NCBI GenBank assembly: GCA_963796275.1
Contig: CAWCKY010000004.1
Coordinates: forward strand, 1,152,001-1,216,000
Source: an uncultured Acidobacteriota bacterium
GTDB taxonomy: Bacteria; Acidobacteriota; Blastocatellia; RBC074
Direction of reading: 5' to 3'
DNA length: 64,000 nt
Positions 29,376 through 41,555 of the stretch are shown one piece after another. The position numbers and the translations under genes were made by a program. The notes beneath the pieces were generated by a model. That model made no database searches. It had not been told where the DNA came from and saw only the letters and a program-made list of their open reading frames with translations. Position 1 is the first letter of the stretch. Each line of letters starts with the position of its first letter.

Positions 29376-30749
29376 TCAATTACAATCAAGAACGCCTTCT
29401 TTGAGAAAACTCTGGAACCAGACGCCCGGGTTATAGGTGTTTTCAGTGAGCGCCGGTTGGCGGCCGTCAATATCGGTGCCGGAAATGGAGAGGCGGAACC
29501 TAACTCTCAATTCATTCATCTCTTCGCGCGTCAGTCTCTCGCGAATTCCGGGTTGGCCATAATTTCTCGTCTGCAAACAGAAGGTCTGATTCCGCTCATC
29601 GTATGTGGCATAGTTCGGCACCAAATCGACCGTGAAGTTGTAGATAATTTCGGGCATGAAGACCGCCCGCACACCGATAACCATCTGCCCTTGATTGTTC
29701 GTGATTTGAGGTATCGGATCGACCGTGCCTTTGTGAATGCGCATCGAAAGCAATGCGGTGATCCTGTTTCCGACCCGTTCCGGATAGAGTTGAGGGTAAG
29801 GAGAGTAGGAGCCGTCGAGTGGGAATTGCATCGAATATTTCAGGCGGATTCCTATCGTATTACCCTTCTCCGATACCAGCGGTTCATCAGACCATTTGAC
29901 GATGTGCGCACGGATAATCTTCTGCTCAACTTCGCTCGCCTCCCTGCTTAGGTCCTGTAACATCTGGTTATTGAAGATCGCGGACGGAGGGCTCTCAGAC
30001 GGCGCATTTGATACCTCGGTGGCACTCGGCCGGATCAGCGAGTGAAATACCCGTTGAAATCCTTTGCCGTTCACATCGCGGCCGCGGGCGAGTACTCGAA
30101 ATGGCTGTTCCGGCGTCTCGATCAGCAGCATAAAGGTCGATGGATTGGAATAATCGCTTTGCCGGAATTTGAGCGGTGCGATCGGCTCCCCCGCTTCATT
30201 TATGAGCTTAAACTCCATGGTCTCGAGATTAAACCCTGACGCGAATACCTGAGCCTGCTGCCGCGATCCGCGAGCCGGCTGAAACCTGTCGATCATGTGG
30301 ATGCCTGTCCGGCCGAAGAACTGCAAGCAACAGACGTAGAGCTCGCCCTGCACGGTGATAGAGGCGGAAAACTTGCCTGATCCTGAAACAAGCAGCTTCC
30401 ATTTTCCTGGCCGGGGATCCCACATAGAAATAAGGCGATTCTCATTCGTTTCAGTCACGGAGATGTTCGACTCAGCGACGTCGATGGGCTTCCCTATCGG
30501 CGAGACGACCGTCAGTTTGAGTTGCTCGGAATATTGGACGGAGAACTGCAAGCGCAACACGCCGACCTCGACGGGAACCTCTATCTCGCGCGGCTCGTCT
30601 GAGAGGACGCCCGATACGATCGCGATAAATTGCGCGTTCGGGTCTTCCTGAGCGATCGTACTACTCGTTAGTATAATTATGGGACTGATGAGCGCCCCGA
30701 GCACGATGAGGAATTTACCGATTGATTTCAAAACCGCTTTTGATGCCAT
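29376..30749 (-). CDS. Secreted hypothetical protein with hemicentin/VWA7-like beta domains
   Basis: Signal peptide; IEVPVE...SPIGK...DPRPGKW...SGSGKFS; PEQPFRVLARGRDVNGKGFQRV. Confidence 0.7.
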   Translation of the reverse strand: MASKAVLKSIGKFLIVLGALISPIIILTSSTIAQEDPNAQFIAIVSGVLSDEPREIEVPVEVGVLRLQFSVQYSEQLKLTVVSPIGKPIDVAESNISVTETNENRLISMWDPRPGKWKLLVSGSGKFSASITVQGELYVCCLQFFGRTGIHMIDRFQPARGSRQQAQVFASGFNLETMEFKLINEAGEPIAPLKFRQSDYSNPSTFMLLIETPEQPFRVLARGRDVNGKGFQRVFHSLIRPSATEVSNAPSESPPSAIFNNQMLQDLSREASEVEQKIIRAHIVKWSDEPLVSEKGNTIGIRLKYSMQFPLDGSYSPYPQLYPERVGNRITALLSMRIHKGTVDPIPQITNNQGQMVIGVRAVFMPEIIYNFTVDLVPNYATYDERNQTFCLQTRNYGQPGIRERLTREEMNELRVRFRLSISGTDIDGRQPALTENTYNPGVWFQSFLKEGVLDCN

Positions 30750-30923
30750 AGCACAATTATCAATCAATTTATGGGTGCGCGCAGTGTAGCATCAACCAAT
30801 TCAAATTGCTATCAGCGTCCCTTCTGGGGGCTTTGGTGCCCGCTATCTGGCGTGATAGATTGCCAATGAAAATCGCCAGGTGAATATTCGGGAAAGCTGA
30901 ACAAATATCCACTACCATTACTG

Positions 30924-31397
30924 ATGTACCTGATAGATGGGAACAATGTAATCGGTCAACGCGTCGGTTGGCACCGCGACAAGCCGGGATCGCGCCGCCG
31001 ATTGCTCGAAGAGCTGGCGCGGTTCTTTCGCCTAAAGAAAACGCGTATTGCGGTAGTCTTCGATGGGGCGCCTGATAAAAGTTTTCCCGATGGTTCGAGT
31101 TATTGCGGCGTGCAGATTTTTTACGCGAGGCACAAATCGGATGCTGACAACCGCATCATCGAGATGGTCGAAGCTGAGAAGAATCGCAAGGGCATGATAG
31201 TCGTTACCTCCGATGGAGCGCTGGCGTCTTACGTGCGCCTGTGTGGCGTCGCAGTCATGCGCTCGGGAGAGTTCCGCCGAATGCTCGATGGGGCTTCAAA
31301 AGAACCGAATGATCCTCCCATAGAAGTTGGAGATTTGGACGGCTGGTTCCGCTATTTCGGCGTTGCCGGTGAGGATACTGACGAGACCGATGAATGA
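30924..31397 (+). CDS. NYN/YacP-like PIN-fold ribonuclease
   Basis: YLIDGNNV; VVFDG; DADNRI; VVTSD. Confidence 0.88.
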   Translation: MYLIDGNNVIGQRVGWHRDKPGSRRRLLEELARFFRLKKTRIAVVFDGAPDKSFPDGSSYCGVQIFYARHKSDADNRIIEMVEAEKNRKGMIVVTSDGALASYVRLCGVAVMRSGEFRRMLDGASKEPNDPPIEVGDLDGWFRYFGVAGEDTDETDE

Positions 31398-32872
31398 ACA
31401 GATTTCTGTTGTTGACTATTTGCGCCGCAGCGGGCCTGGCAATGGCCTTTTTATTTATTGATAGCTGCCAGCTCGATGGGGGCGTTCATTTCCTCTTTGC
31501 GAAATGGGCCTGGAAACATCCGGAATTGTTCGTCGGAGTCTGGTCACGACCGATCTATACATTTATTTATGCATTTCCCGCGCTCCTCGGCTATCGCGCG
31601 ACCCGCATATTCACCGTCCTCATCTGCCTGGGGATCGCGTGGCAAACCGGGCGTTTAGCCGAAGACCTGAAGATCGGACGCGCACCACTCGCCATCGCGC
31701 TGGTCTGGCTGCAACCATCGTTCTTTCTCTTCTGCGCAGACAATATGACCGAACCCATCTTCGCCCTCATTTTTGTCATCGCGCTGCGCCTGCATCATCG
31801 CGGCCATCATAAAACCGGCATGTTAATCGCTTCCCTATTGATAGGAGCGCGACCCGAAGGATTTTTCCTGGGGATTTTATGGTTGATATGGATCCTCGGT
31901 CACGGACCGCGGATCGCGGTTTGCGATTTTGCCAAATACAAGGAACCTACTGACTTCGCAATCAACAAGACTCTTTTGCCCGCGATCCCCATCCTCGCGA
32001 CCGGCGCGATCATCTGGTGGCTAGCTGCCCTGGCGATCACGGGCGATCCGCTCTTCATCATTCATAACTGGCCAACTAACTGGCCGCTTACCGGCACGAT
32101 CTACGGAACCGCGGGTCTCACAGCTTACCCCTTCAGATTGCCCGAAATTGTCGGGCCGCTTCTGCTGGTCCCCTTCTTTTTCGGCCTGTTCCACCTGATC
32201 AAACGGCGCGAATTGTTCACGCTCACTTCGACATTTCTGCTCATTTTCGGACTCCATACCGTCCTGCGCGCCTGGGGACTCCTTGGCTCCGCCGGTTATC
32301 CCCGTTATATGATCGCGATTTCACCGGCGTTAGCGATAATCACGCTGGTCGGATGGAATGAAATAAGCGCCTCATGGCTCTCTTCCGCCCCGCGATTTAT
32401 CAGAACGGTCTGCGTAGCGAGTATCATCTCGCTCTCCGCCATCTTAAATTTCCTCTACGCAGATGGCGCCGAATGGTCGCGCGACGCCCGCGCGCTCGCT
32501 GAAGTTCATTCGTGGTTCGAAGCTAATCCGCTCCCCATCGCACGATTGATCTGGAGCGAACCATATTCCTGTATCCTGTTTGACCGCGATCCCTGGGAGA
32601 ATCCGGTCTTCACGCGCAACCGGGAAACCGATCTCAAGTTATTGAGGAATTCACCCCCGGGCACTCTGGTCGTGTGGGATGAGAGAGTCGGGCCGAAATG
32701 GACGGGATTGAAAGCGACGGATTTCGAAGAGACGGGCTACCAGCTCGTGCATTCGCAATCATTTATTTTGAATGGTTACATCCTGGAGAGTTCGTGGTTC
32801 GGATATGGAGGACCGAGACATCAACTTATATACCTGTTATATAAAGCGAACGCGGCTTCATCAATTAAATAG
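31394..32872 (+). CDS. Polytopic membrane protein, GT-C/PMT-like glycosyltransferase candidate
   Basis: About 11 TMs; MTEP and RPEG motifs; paralogue of 55100-56536. Confidence 0.7.
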   Translation: MNRFLLLTICAAAGLAMAFLFIDSCQLDGGVHFLFAKWAWKHPELFVGVWSRPIYTFIYAFPALLGYRATRIFTVLICLGIAWQTGRLAEDLKIGRAPLAIALVWLQPSFFLFCADNMTEPIFALIFVIALRLHHRGHHKTGMLIASLLIGARPEGFFLGILWLIWILGHGPRIAVCDFAKYKEPTDFAINKTLLPAIPILATGAIIWWLAALAITGDPLFIIHNWPTNWPLTGTIYGTAGLTAYPFRLPEIVGPLLLVPFFFGLFHLIKRRELFTLTSTFLLIFGLHTVLRAWGLLGSAGYPRYMIAISPALAIITLVGWNEISASWLSSAPRFIRTVCVASIISLSAILNFLYADGAEWSRDARALAEVHSWFEANPLPIARLIWSEPYSCILFDRDPWENPVFTRNRETDLKLLRNSPPGTLVVWDERVGPKWTGLKATDFEETGYQLVHSQSFILNGYILESSWFGYGGPRHQLIYLLYKANAASSIK

Positions 32873-32902
32873 GGCCGCACCCCTAGGATTAAGGCTCGCC
32901 GC

Positions 32903-34123
32903 CTATTTCGGCTTGGTGAAGCGCACCGAGCGCACATTGCCATTTCCATCCATCACTGCAATCAACTGCTTTCCCGACGGAAGCTTGCCGAAATCAAGGA
33001 TCCTGTTATTGCCTGACTTGCGTTTCCGGTACTTATCGCCGAAGGTATTCTCAAGATCAGTAACCGACCAGTTAACCAACCACTCCACGCTCGACAGCAG
33101 CTTCCCGGGTTTACTGAAACCAATCGACACACCCGTTGACACACTGAGATATTTGATCGTGTACTCCTCAGACGTATCCGTCTCTTTGGTTTTGATGAGA
33201 GCGGCCGTGCGCGTCAATTCTCCGACCTCATTAAGATTAGTCAGCCCGATACCGTCGACGAGGCGATAGAAAAATGACAGCGCTTCAAACGGGCGAACGA
33301 ACATCGGATACTGAGGCGTGAGCCCCAAACGCTCGCGGGCAGCGTTGGTGAGTTGTCCGTCGATTCCCTCCTCCTGACCCGGTGCTTCTCCGGGATTGGG
33401 CGAAACCGCGCCGGTCTGATCAGATGGCGCCGGTTGTATGCGGGATAGGTCCGACTTCACCTGATCGCCGATCATCCCGCGAACATAGTTAACCGGAACG
33501 GCGAAATTTATGTTCTGGCCGCTCTTGAGGACGTAGGTCACGATTCCGACTACTAACCCCGACGAATCGAATAACGCCCCGCCGCTGCTCCCCGGACTGG
33601 TCGGCGCGGTAATCTGGAAGACGCGATGGGTCTCGAGACGCCGAACCCCGCTGATGACTCCAGTAGTTACGGAATTCGTCAATCCTTCCGGACTGCTGAT
33701 GACGACGACGGGCTCGCCAGCTTCAACACGGTCGGAATCGCCCAGTTGCACGGTCGGGAGCTTGAAGCCCTTGATCTTGAGGACAACCAGATCCTTGGCA
33801 TCATCGACATCGACGACTTCGACCGTCTTGTACATGTCACCTGACGGCAATTTGACCCGTACCATCGCCGCTCCTCGAACGACGTGTAGGTTGGTTACAA
33901 TTGCCCCGTTTGTCGTGACGATGAAGCCGCTTCCCTGACCTATGACGTTATTGCGGTCATCAAGCCCCTCGAGAACCACGACCGCTTTCGATTGCTCACG
34001 CGCAATTTCGCTGGGTGATTTCGGTGATTTTGCCTCGTTGTTCTGTGCCAGCCCCCATGTCGTGAAGACTAACGATGAGACGAATATAGCCATGATCCTG
34101 ATTTTGTGTCGCATAGAACTCAC
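32903..34123 (-). CDS. Secreted trypsin-like (S1C) serine protease with an unrecognised C-terminal domain
   Basis: GSGFIV, TNLHVV, DLVVLK, SPGSSGGAL; no PDZ recognised. Confidence 0.9.
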   Translation of the reverse strand: MSSMRHKIRIMAIFVSSLVFTTWGLAQNNEAKSPKSPSEIAREQSKAVVVLEGLDDRNNVIGQGSGFIVTTNGAIVTNLHVVRGAAMVRVKLPSGDMYKTVEVVDVDDAKDLVVLKIKGFKLPTVQLGDSDRVEAGEPVVVISSPEGLTNSVTTGVISGVRRLETHRVFQITAPTSPGSSGGALFDSSGLVVGIVTYVLKSGQNINFAVPVNYVRGMIGDQVKSDLSRIQPAPSDQTGAVSPNPGEAPGQEEGIDGQLTNAARERLGLTPQYPMFVRPFEALSFFYRLVDGIGLTNLNEVGELTRTAALIKTKETDTSEEYTIKYLSVSTGVSIGFSKPGKLLSSVEWLVNWSVTDLENTFGDKYRKRKSGNNRILDFGKLPSGKQLIAVMDGNGNVRSVRFTKPK

Positions 34124-34451
34124 CCGATCGACCGTTTCGCTAAATCGAATTTAATGAGGATACAATGTATTGTTTATATTGATGTCAGGATGCGTTAATA
34201 AAGTCAAGGCTCAACCTATCTAGTGAGATCAATGCACGAAGACAAATAGTGACAAAAATGGCAGAATTTTTATATATCTTTGAGGACTGGCGTATTACAG
34301 TTAATCCAAACCGTAGACTGACGACTGGCCGGGTCAGGGGTGGCCGTCAGGGGGTGGCCGGGTTAAGAGGGGGGGAACGAAAAAACCGAAAACTCAAATC
34401 TAAAGGATACTAGCGAACTACCTGTTCGGTTGCTATCGATGGCCGAACACA

Positions 34452-35765
34452 CTACTGAGCCGTTACTTTGGTGTCCTTACTCAACGCCTCACGAACCCTT
34501 TCGAGATAATTTCCTTGCGGGTTGAGTTCTGAGATAGCCACCGAGCTGTCGTAGGAGAACAAGATGAAACCTTTCGCCCCGAGCTCGCGCGTCACTTTAA
34601 TCCTCTCGAGCGAGCCTTCGGCCGTAAGGTTGAAAGCGCCGATCCCACCCCATACCGGTTTGCCGCTGGAGTTTTTCACTACTCCCTGAATTTGTTTGCG
34701 GAAAATATCGGGGTTGGTTGTGTATGCCATCGGACAGATGACATCGAGCCATCCTCGCTTCAGCCAGGATTTCCAGTCTTGAAACCGCCATTTCAAGGCG
34801 GCGTCGTCGTTGGCGAAGACCGCGGCGGAGATAATGACATTAGGCTTGATCTTTTTTACGCCTTTGTATATCTGGCCGACGAGTTCACTCACCTGATTGC
34901 GCTGGAATTCAGCATAACGCTCCGGGAAGGTCACCGCATAGGTCAGCGGATCACTAGCAGCCTGCGATACCAGAAACTCACGGACTTTATTGTCTAAGTT
35001 CTTCTCGACTTCAGCGCGAAATCGCTCCAGTGATGTGCGGCTATAGTCGTATCGCGGATTCGGATAGCGGACATAATCGAAATGCAGGCCGTCTACATCA
35101 TACCTCTGGGCGACATCGAGCCATATGTTGTAGATACTTTCCCGCACTCCCGGATTGGCCGGCGATAGGAAAAGCCCCTCAAGGTCGCTCCGATTGGCGC
35201 GGCTGTATTCGGCGATCTTTTGCAGATAACTGGGAGATGTCGGGTCGGCATTGTACAAATCCGATGCCAGTGCGCGCGGCACACCCAACCAGTCAGGGTG
35301 TTTGTAGATGACGTGGTCTTCGGATTTGGGCAGTCTATCCATACTCGAGACCAGGAAAATGTTAATCCAGGCGTGAACCCTGATGCCGACGCGATGCGCT
35401 TCCTCGATCGTCATCGCTAGCGGATCAAAATCTGACGGCTGTCCTGCCAGCCCCTCGCCGCGCGGCTCGAGATTCGATGTGTAATAAGCATCACCGCGAC
35501 TGCGCACCTGAACGACCAGATCCGTGAACCCGTTTTCGCTCGCGCGTCTCACCGCATCCCTGACGTCTTCGGGTTTACCGAGCGATTCCCGCTTCACCCA
35601 TAAGGCTCGCGCCTCATTTTCCGGTCCCAGAATGGCGGCGGTATTTTTTGACTTGCCCAGAGGCAGCAGCAACGTCTTGGACGGCGCCGCCGTTTGCTGC
35701 GTGGGCAGCAATGCGCTCAGTAATAAAAGAGCATAGCAGCAAATAATGATCAAAGCACGTTTCAT
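34452..35765 (-). CDS. GHL10/DUF187 (YddW-like) glycoside hydrolase
   Basis: EARALWV; QVRSRGDAYY; GIRVHAW; YDVDGLHFDYVRYP; QDW; PMAY. Confidence 0.9.
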   Translation of the reverse strand: MKRALIIICCYALLLLSALLPTQQTAAPSKTLLLPLGKSKNTAAILGPENEARALWVKRESLGKPEDVRDAVRRASENGFTDLVVQVRSRGDAYYTSNLEPRGEGLAGQPSDFDPLAMTIEEAHRVGIRVHAWINIFLVSSMDRLPKSEDHVIYKHPDWLGVPRALASDLYNADPTSPSYLQKIAEYSRANRSDLEGLFLSPANPGVRESIYNIWLDVAQRYDVDGLHFDYVRYPNPRYDYSRTSLERFRAEVEKNLDNKVREFLVSQAASDPLTYAVTFPERYAEFQRNQVSELVGQIYKGVKKIKPNVIISAAVFANDDAALKWRFQDWKSWLKRGWLDVICPMAYTTNPDIFRKQIQGVVKNSSGKPVWGGIGAFNLTAEGSLERIKVTRELGAKGFILFSYDSSVAISELNPQGNYLERVREALSKDTKVTAQ

Positions 35766-35886
35766 AACTCAGTTTTCAGTTATCAGTTTTCAGTTTTTAG
35801 CTTTCAGATTTTAGCTCTCAGGTTTTCAGTCTTTAATAAATTAGGCGGCCATCTGGAAACTAAAACCTGAAAACTGAAAACTGTAG

Positions 35887-38337
<2,451 letters not shown>

Positions 38338-39023
38338 CTTTATGACATCACACGAAAATGCGCCAGTTTTGTGAGGAAAGTAATGAAGCCCTGGTTTGGC
38401 TTCTTTCCCGGTTTGCGGTTACAGGGCAAGCATATAATTTCTCTTTGTCATGTGCCTTTTTTCTGTATCTATGTCACTGATTCCATTAAAGGCTACACGC
38501 TATTTAACCAGTTTGACTTCGGGCTTTGTTGGGGCTAGAAGGGGCTTTACGTGATTATCGTAAGACATTTGAGTCAGAGGTCTCAACAACATTCTCTACC
38601 CGAATGTGCAAAACTTTAACCACCCTCGTCTGTAGTGTCAATAAATTCTTTTCATCATCTTCACTACTATCGAGAGTTTGGGAGATGCATTACTTGAATG
38701 TCGGGAGATATTTTATTCTCTATCATCAAAAATTTCCAGACCTCCCGTATGTCGTCCGCTCATAAGTGTGTAAATCCAGCAAACACACGGTCGTAAACGA
38801 TTCGGAATCGCGCTCGCGCTTGATGATCACGCATCCGTTCCGGGAACAGCTGACGGGGAGTCGATTTTACCGTAAAATCAGGTTGAGATTTCTACGGCTC
38901 ACACAAACCTCCATCAATAAGGAAGGTAACCTCATGCAAGATCGCGCATGAATGAAACTTTCCTACTCAGCGCGAACGGATTGACACAGACGAGTCGCGA
39001 CGTAGATATTTTGATGGCGACAC

Positions 39024-39821
39024 TTGCAGAAGCACGAGCACAAACCAAGCGTGAATTATCGCCGGAGGGAAATTGTGACTGACAGGGTAAACCTTCTTAT
39101 TCTACGAACAACCATTCCGATTCTCGTATTTCTGTGTCTGGGGTTGCTGGCTTGCGCCAGACACCAAGTTGCGCCTCAACCCCAAAATCGCGCGCCCCAA
39201 AACCGGCCAGGGCAAATACTCCGCGCAGCGCCCACTCAGGCAGAGCCGACCGCTGATTACTTGTTCTTTCTGCATGCCAAAATCGTCGAAGACCAAGGCC
39301 TTCGCCCCACCAGCCCCAAATACGGCGTTTACGAGTACGAAGAAATTCTGAACGTTTTTCGTGATCACGGCTTTGTGGTCATTAGCGAAGTACGCCCTAA
39401 AGATACGGCCCCTGAGCCGTACGCCGCTCAGCTGATTGAGCAAATCAACGTTTTGTTGCAGGCTGGCGTGCCGCCCCAGCGTATCACCGTCCTCGGCGCA
39501 TCAAAAGGGGCTGTGCTGGCGATGCTAGTTTCATCGCAACTCAGGAACAAGCGTGTGAATTTCATCATTATGGGCAATTGCAACGACTGGGTGAGGCAAA
39601 ATTTCAAGATTGATTTGCACGGAAATGTTCTCTCCATCTACGACAGCAACGACGAATTCGGTCAGTCCTGCGAGCCGTTCTTCGCGCAAGCGACCGGACT
39701 CAATCGTTCACGTGAAGTCAAACTCGAAATTGGCACCGGACATGGAATTTTATTCAAGCCGCTTCAGGAATGGGTTGCGCCCGCTATCGAATGGGCCAGA
39801 CAAACAAGGAATGATGGTTGA
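39024..39821 (+). CDS. Alpha/beta-hydrolase-fold lipoprotein (start probably near 39075)
   Basis: Lipobox LLAC; FLHAKIVE; LGASKGA nucleophile elbow; GTGHG. Confidence 0.8.
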   Translation: MQKHEHKPSVNYRRREIVTDRVNLLILRTTIPILVFLCLGLLACARHQVAPQPQNRAPQNRPGQILRAAPTQAEPTADYLFFLHAKIVEDQGLRPTSPKYGVYEYEEILNVFRDHGFVVISEVRPKDTAPEPYAAQLIEQINVLLQAGVPPQRITVLGASKGAVLAMLVSSQLRNKRVNFIIMGNCNDWVRQNFKIDLHGNVLSIYDSNDEFGQSCEPFFAQATGLNRSREVKLEIGTGHGILFKPLQEWVAPAIEWARQTRNDG

Positions 39822-39830
39822 CGAAATACG

Positions 39831-39897
39831 ATGCTGAAAATTATCACGGCCGAATCACCAGAGCAGGTACGGCGTCGCGAGATTTGAGGAAATATTT
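39831..39897 (+). pseudogene. Truncated gene fragment resembling a GNAT acetyltransferase N-terminus
   Basis: MLKIITAESPEQVRRREI then stop; a degenerate EEY-like sequence follows. Confidence 0.4.
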
Positions 39898-39941
39898 TAG
39901 CTGAATCTCGGAGATACCCGGCCATTCCGGAACTTGCTTTC

Positions 39942-41327
39942 TTAGAACAGCGCCTCAAGCGCTTCGATCACCGAACGTACTCCGATAACTTCCAGCCGAT
40001 CATCCTCAGTGAGGCCGCTCATATTGTTCTGCGGCATCACGACGCGCTTAAACCCCATCCGCGCAATCTCGCGCAATCGAACGGCGGCGTGATTCGTCGC
40101 ACGGACTTCGCCTGCCAGGCCGACCTCACCGAACACGATCGTTTGCGCGTTGATCGGTATATTTCGAAAACTTGAGGTCACCGCTGCGATTATGCCTAGA
40201 TCGACAGCCGGTTCATCCAGTGAGATTCCGCCGACAAGGTTCACGAAAATGTCATCTCCTGAAAAATGAAACCCCACTCGTTTTTCAAGCATGGCGACCA
40301 GTAACGCGACGCGGTTGATCTCAACGCCCTGCGTCGTGCGCCTCCCTGTGCCGAACTTGGACGAACTGACGAGGGCCTGAATTTCGACGAGTATCGGACG
40401 CGTGCCCTCCATTGCCGCGACCACGGCCGAGCCCGATGCGCCGATCGGCCGTTCGCTCAAGAATAATTCCGAGGGGTTCGCGACCCCGGTCAGCCCGCGC
40501 CCCGTCATCTCGAATATTCCCAGTTCATTGGCCGCTCCGAAACGATTCTTCGCCGCTCGCAAGATCCGATGATTATGATGCCGCTCGCCCTCGAAATAGA
40601 GCACCGTATCGACGATATGCTCGAGCGCCTTCGGCCCGGCGATCATTCCTTCTTTCGTGACGTGTCCAATTAGAAAGACGGGCACGTTGAGATTTTTGGC
40701 CAGCAGCAAAAACTGTCCCGCGACTTCGCGGACCTGCGAGACGGAGCCCGGCGCGCTCTCAAGTTTTTCGGAGAATATCGTCTGAACCGAATCGATGATG
40801 ATCGCCTGCGGCTGAAGTTTTTCGATCTCGTCGAAGATGCGCTCGAGCGTGGTTTCAGCGAGCAGATAAAGCCCCGCCGGATTGATGCCGAGCCGCTCGC
40901 CGCGGAGTTTGATCTGGCGCTCGCTCTCCTCCCCGGAGACATAGAGTACGCTGCCGTATACCGCATTGAGTTTATCGGCAACCTGGCTGAGCAGTGTCGA
41001 CTTGCCGATTCCAGGTTCACCGCCGATCAGGACCAGAGATCCCGGCACGATGCCGCCGCCGAGCACACGGTCGAACTCATCGATCCCCGTAGTCTCACGT
41101 ACGTCGTCCTGAGCTTCGATGGAATTGAACGGGACCGGTTTGTTTTCGCGCAGCTTCAATCCGGTGCGCGCAACCATCCCTCGCCCGGCGCCATCCTTCC
41201 CTGCTCTCTCTCGTTCCTCGACGAAAGCGTTCCATGCGCCGCAATCGGGGCATTTGCCGATCCATTTGCGCGATTGATGCCCGCAGTTTTGACAAGCGTA
41301 GATTGAGCGTGATCCTTTAGTAGCCAT
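39942..41327 (-). CDS. radA: DNA repair protein RadA/Sms
   Basis: CQNCG...KCPDCGAW zinc finger; GGEPGIGKSTL; KNRFG; GEVGLAGEVR. Confidence 0.97.
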   Translation of the reverse strand: MATKGSRSIYACQNCGHQSRKWIGKCPDCGAWNAFVEERERAGKDGAGRGMVARTGLKLRENKPVPFNSIEAQDDVRETTGIDEFDRVLGGGIVPGSLVLIGGEPGIGKSTLLSQVADKLNAVYGSVLYVSGEESERQIKLRGERLGINPAGLYLLAETTLERIFDEIEKLQPQAIIIDSVQTIFSEKLESAPGSVSQVREVAGQFLLLAKNLNVPVFLIGHVTKEGMIAGPKALEHIVDTVLYFEGERHHNHRILRAAKNRFGAANELGIFEMTGRGLTGVANPSELFLSERPIGASGSAVVAAMEGTRPILVEIQALVSSSKFGTGRRTTQGVEINRVALLVAMLEKRVGFHFSGDDIFVNLVGGISLDEPAVDLGIIAAVTSSFRNIPINAQTIVFGEVGLAGEVRATNHAAVRLREIARMGFKRVVMPQNNMSGLTEDDRLEVIGVRSVIEALEALF

Positions 41328-41341
41328 AGGCAAAGACAGAT

Positions 41342-41544
41342 AGGCATTTATCATTATTCATTTTACATATTATATTTGTTTATTAAGTAGCCGATTTTCA
41401 ATCAATGACAGATGTAAAATATAAAATGATAAATGATAAATGCCCTGTTCATTTTACATATTATATTTGTCATTACGTAGCCGATTTTCAATCAATGACA
41501 AATGTAAAATATAAAATGATAAATGATAAATGATAAATGCCCTG
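41342..41544. repeat. Tandem duplication (about 90-bp period) of a palindromic AT-rich element
   Basis: Copies 41357-41447 and 41448-41544 are near-identical. Confidence 0.85.
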
Positions 41545-41555
41545 CCCCGGTTTTC

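Noticed and set aside
38560-38800. Possible oriC (TGTGCAAAA, TGTCAATAA, TCTCAACA in a 680-bp gap)
   Set aside because: Only degenerate DnaA-box matches, no perfect TTATCCACA and no dnaA/dnaN nearby.
41357-41544. CRISPR-like array
   Set aside because: Two contiguous copies with no unique spacers and no cas genes; none of the heptamer tracts has repeat-spacer structure.
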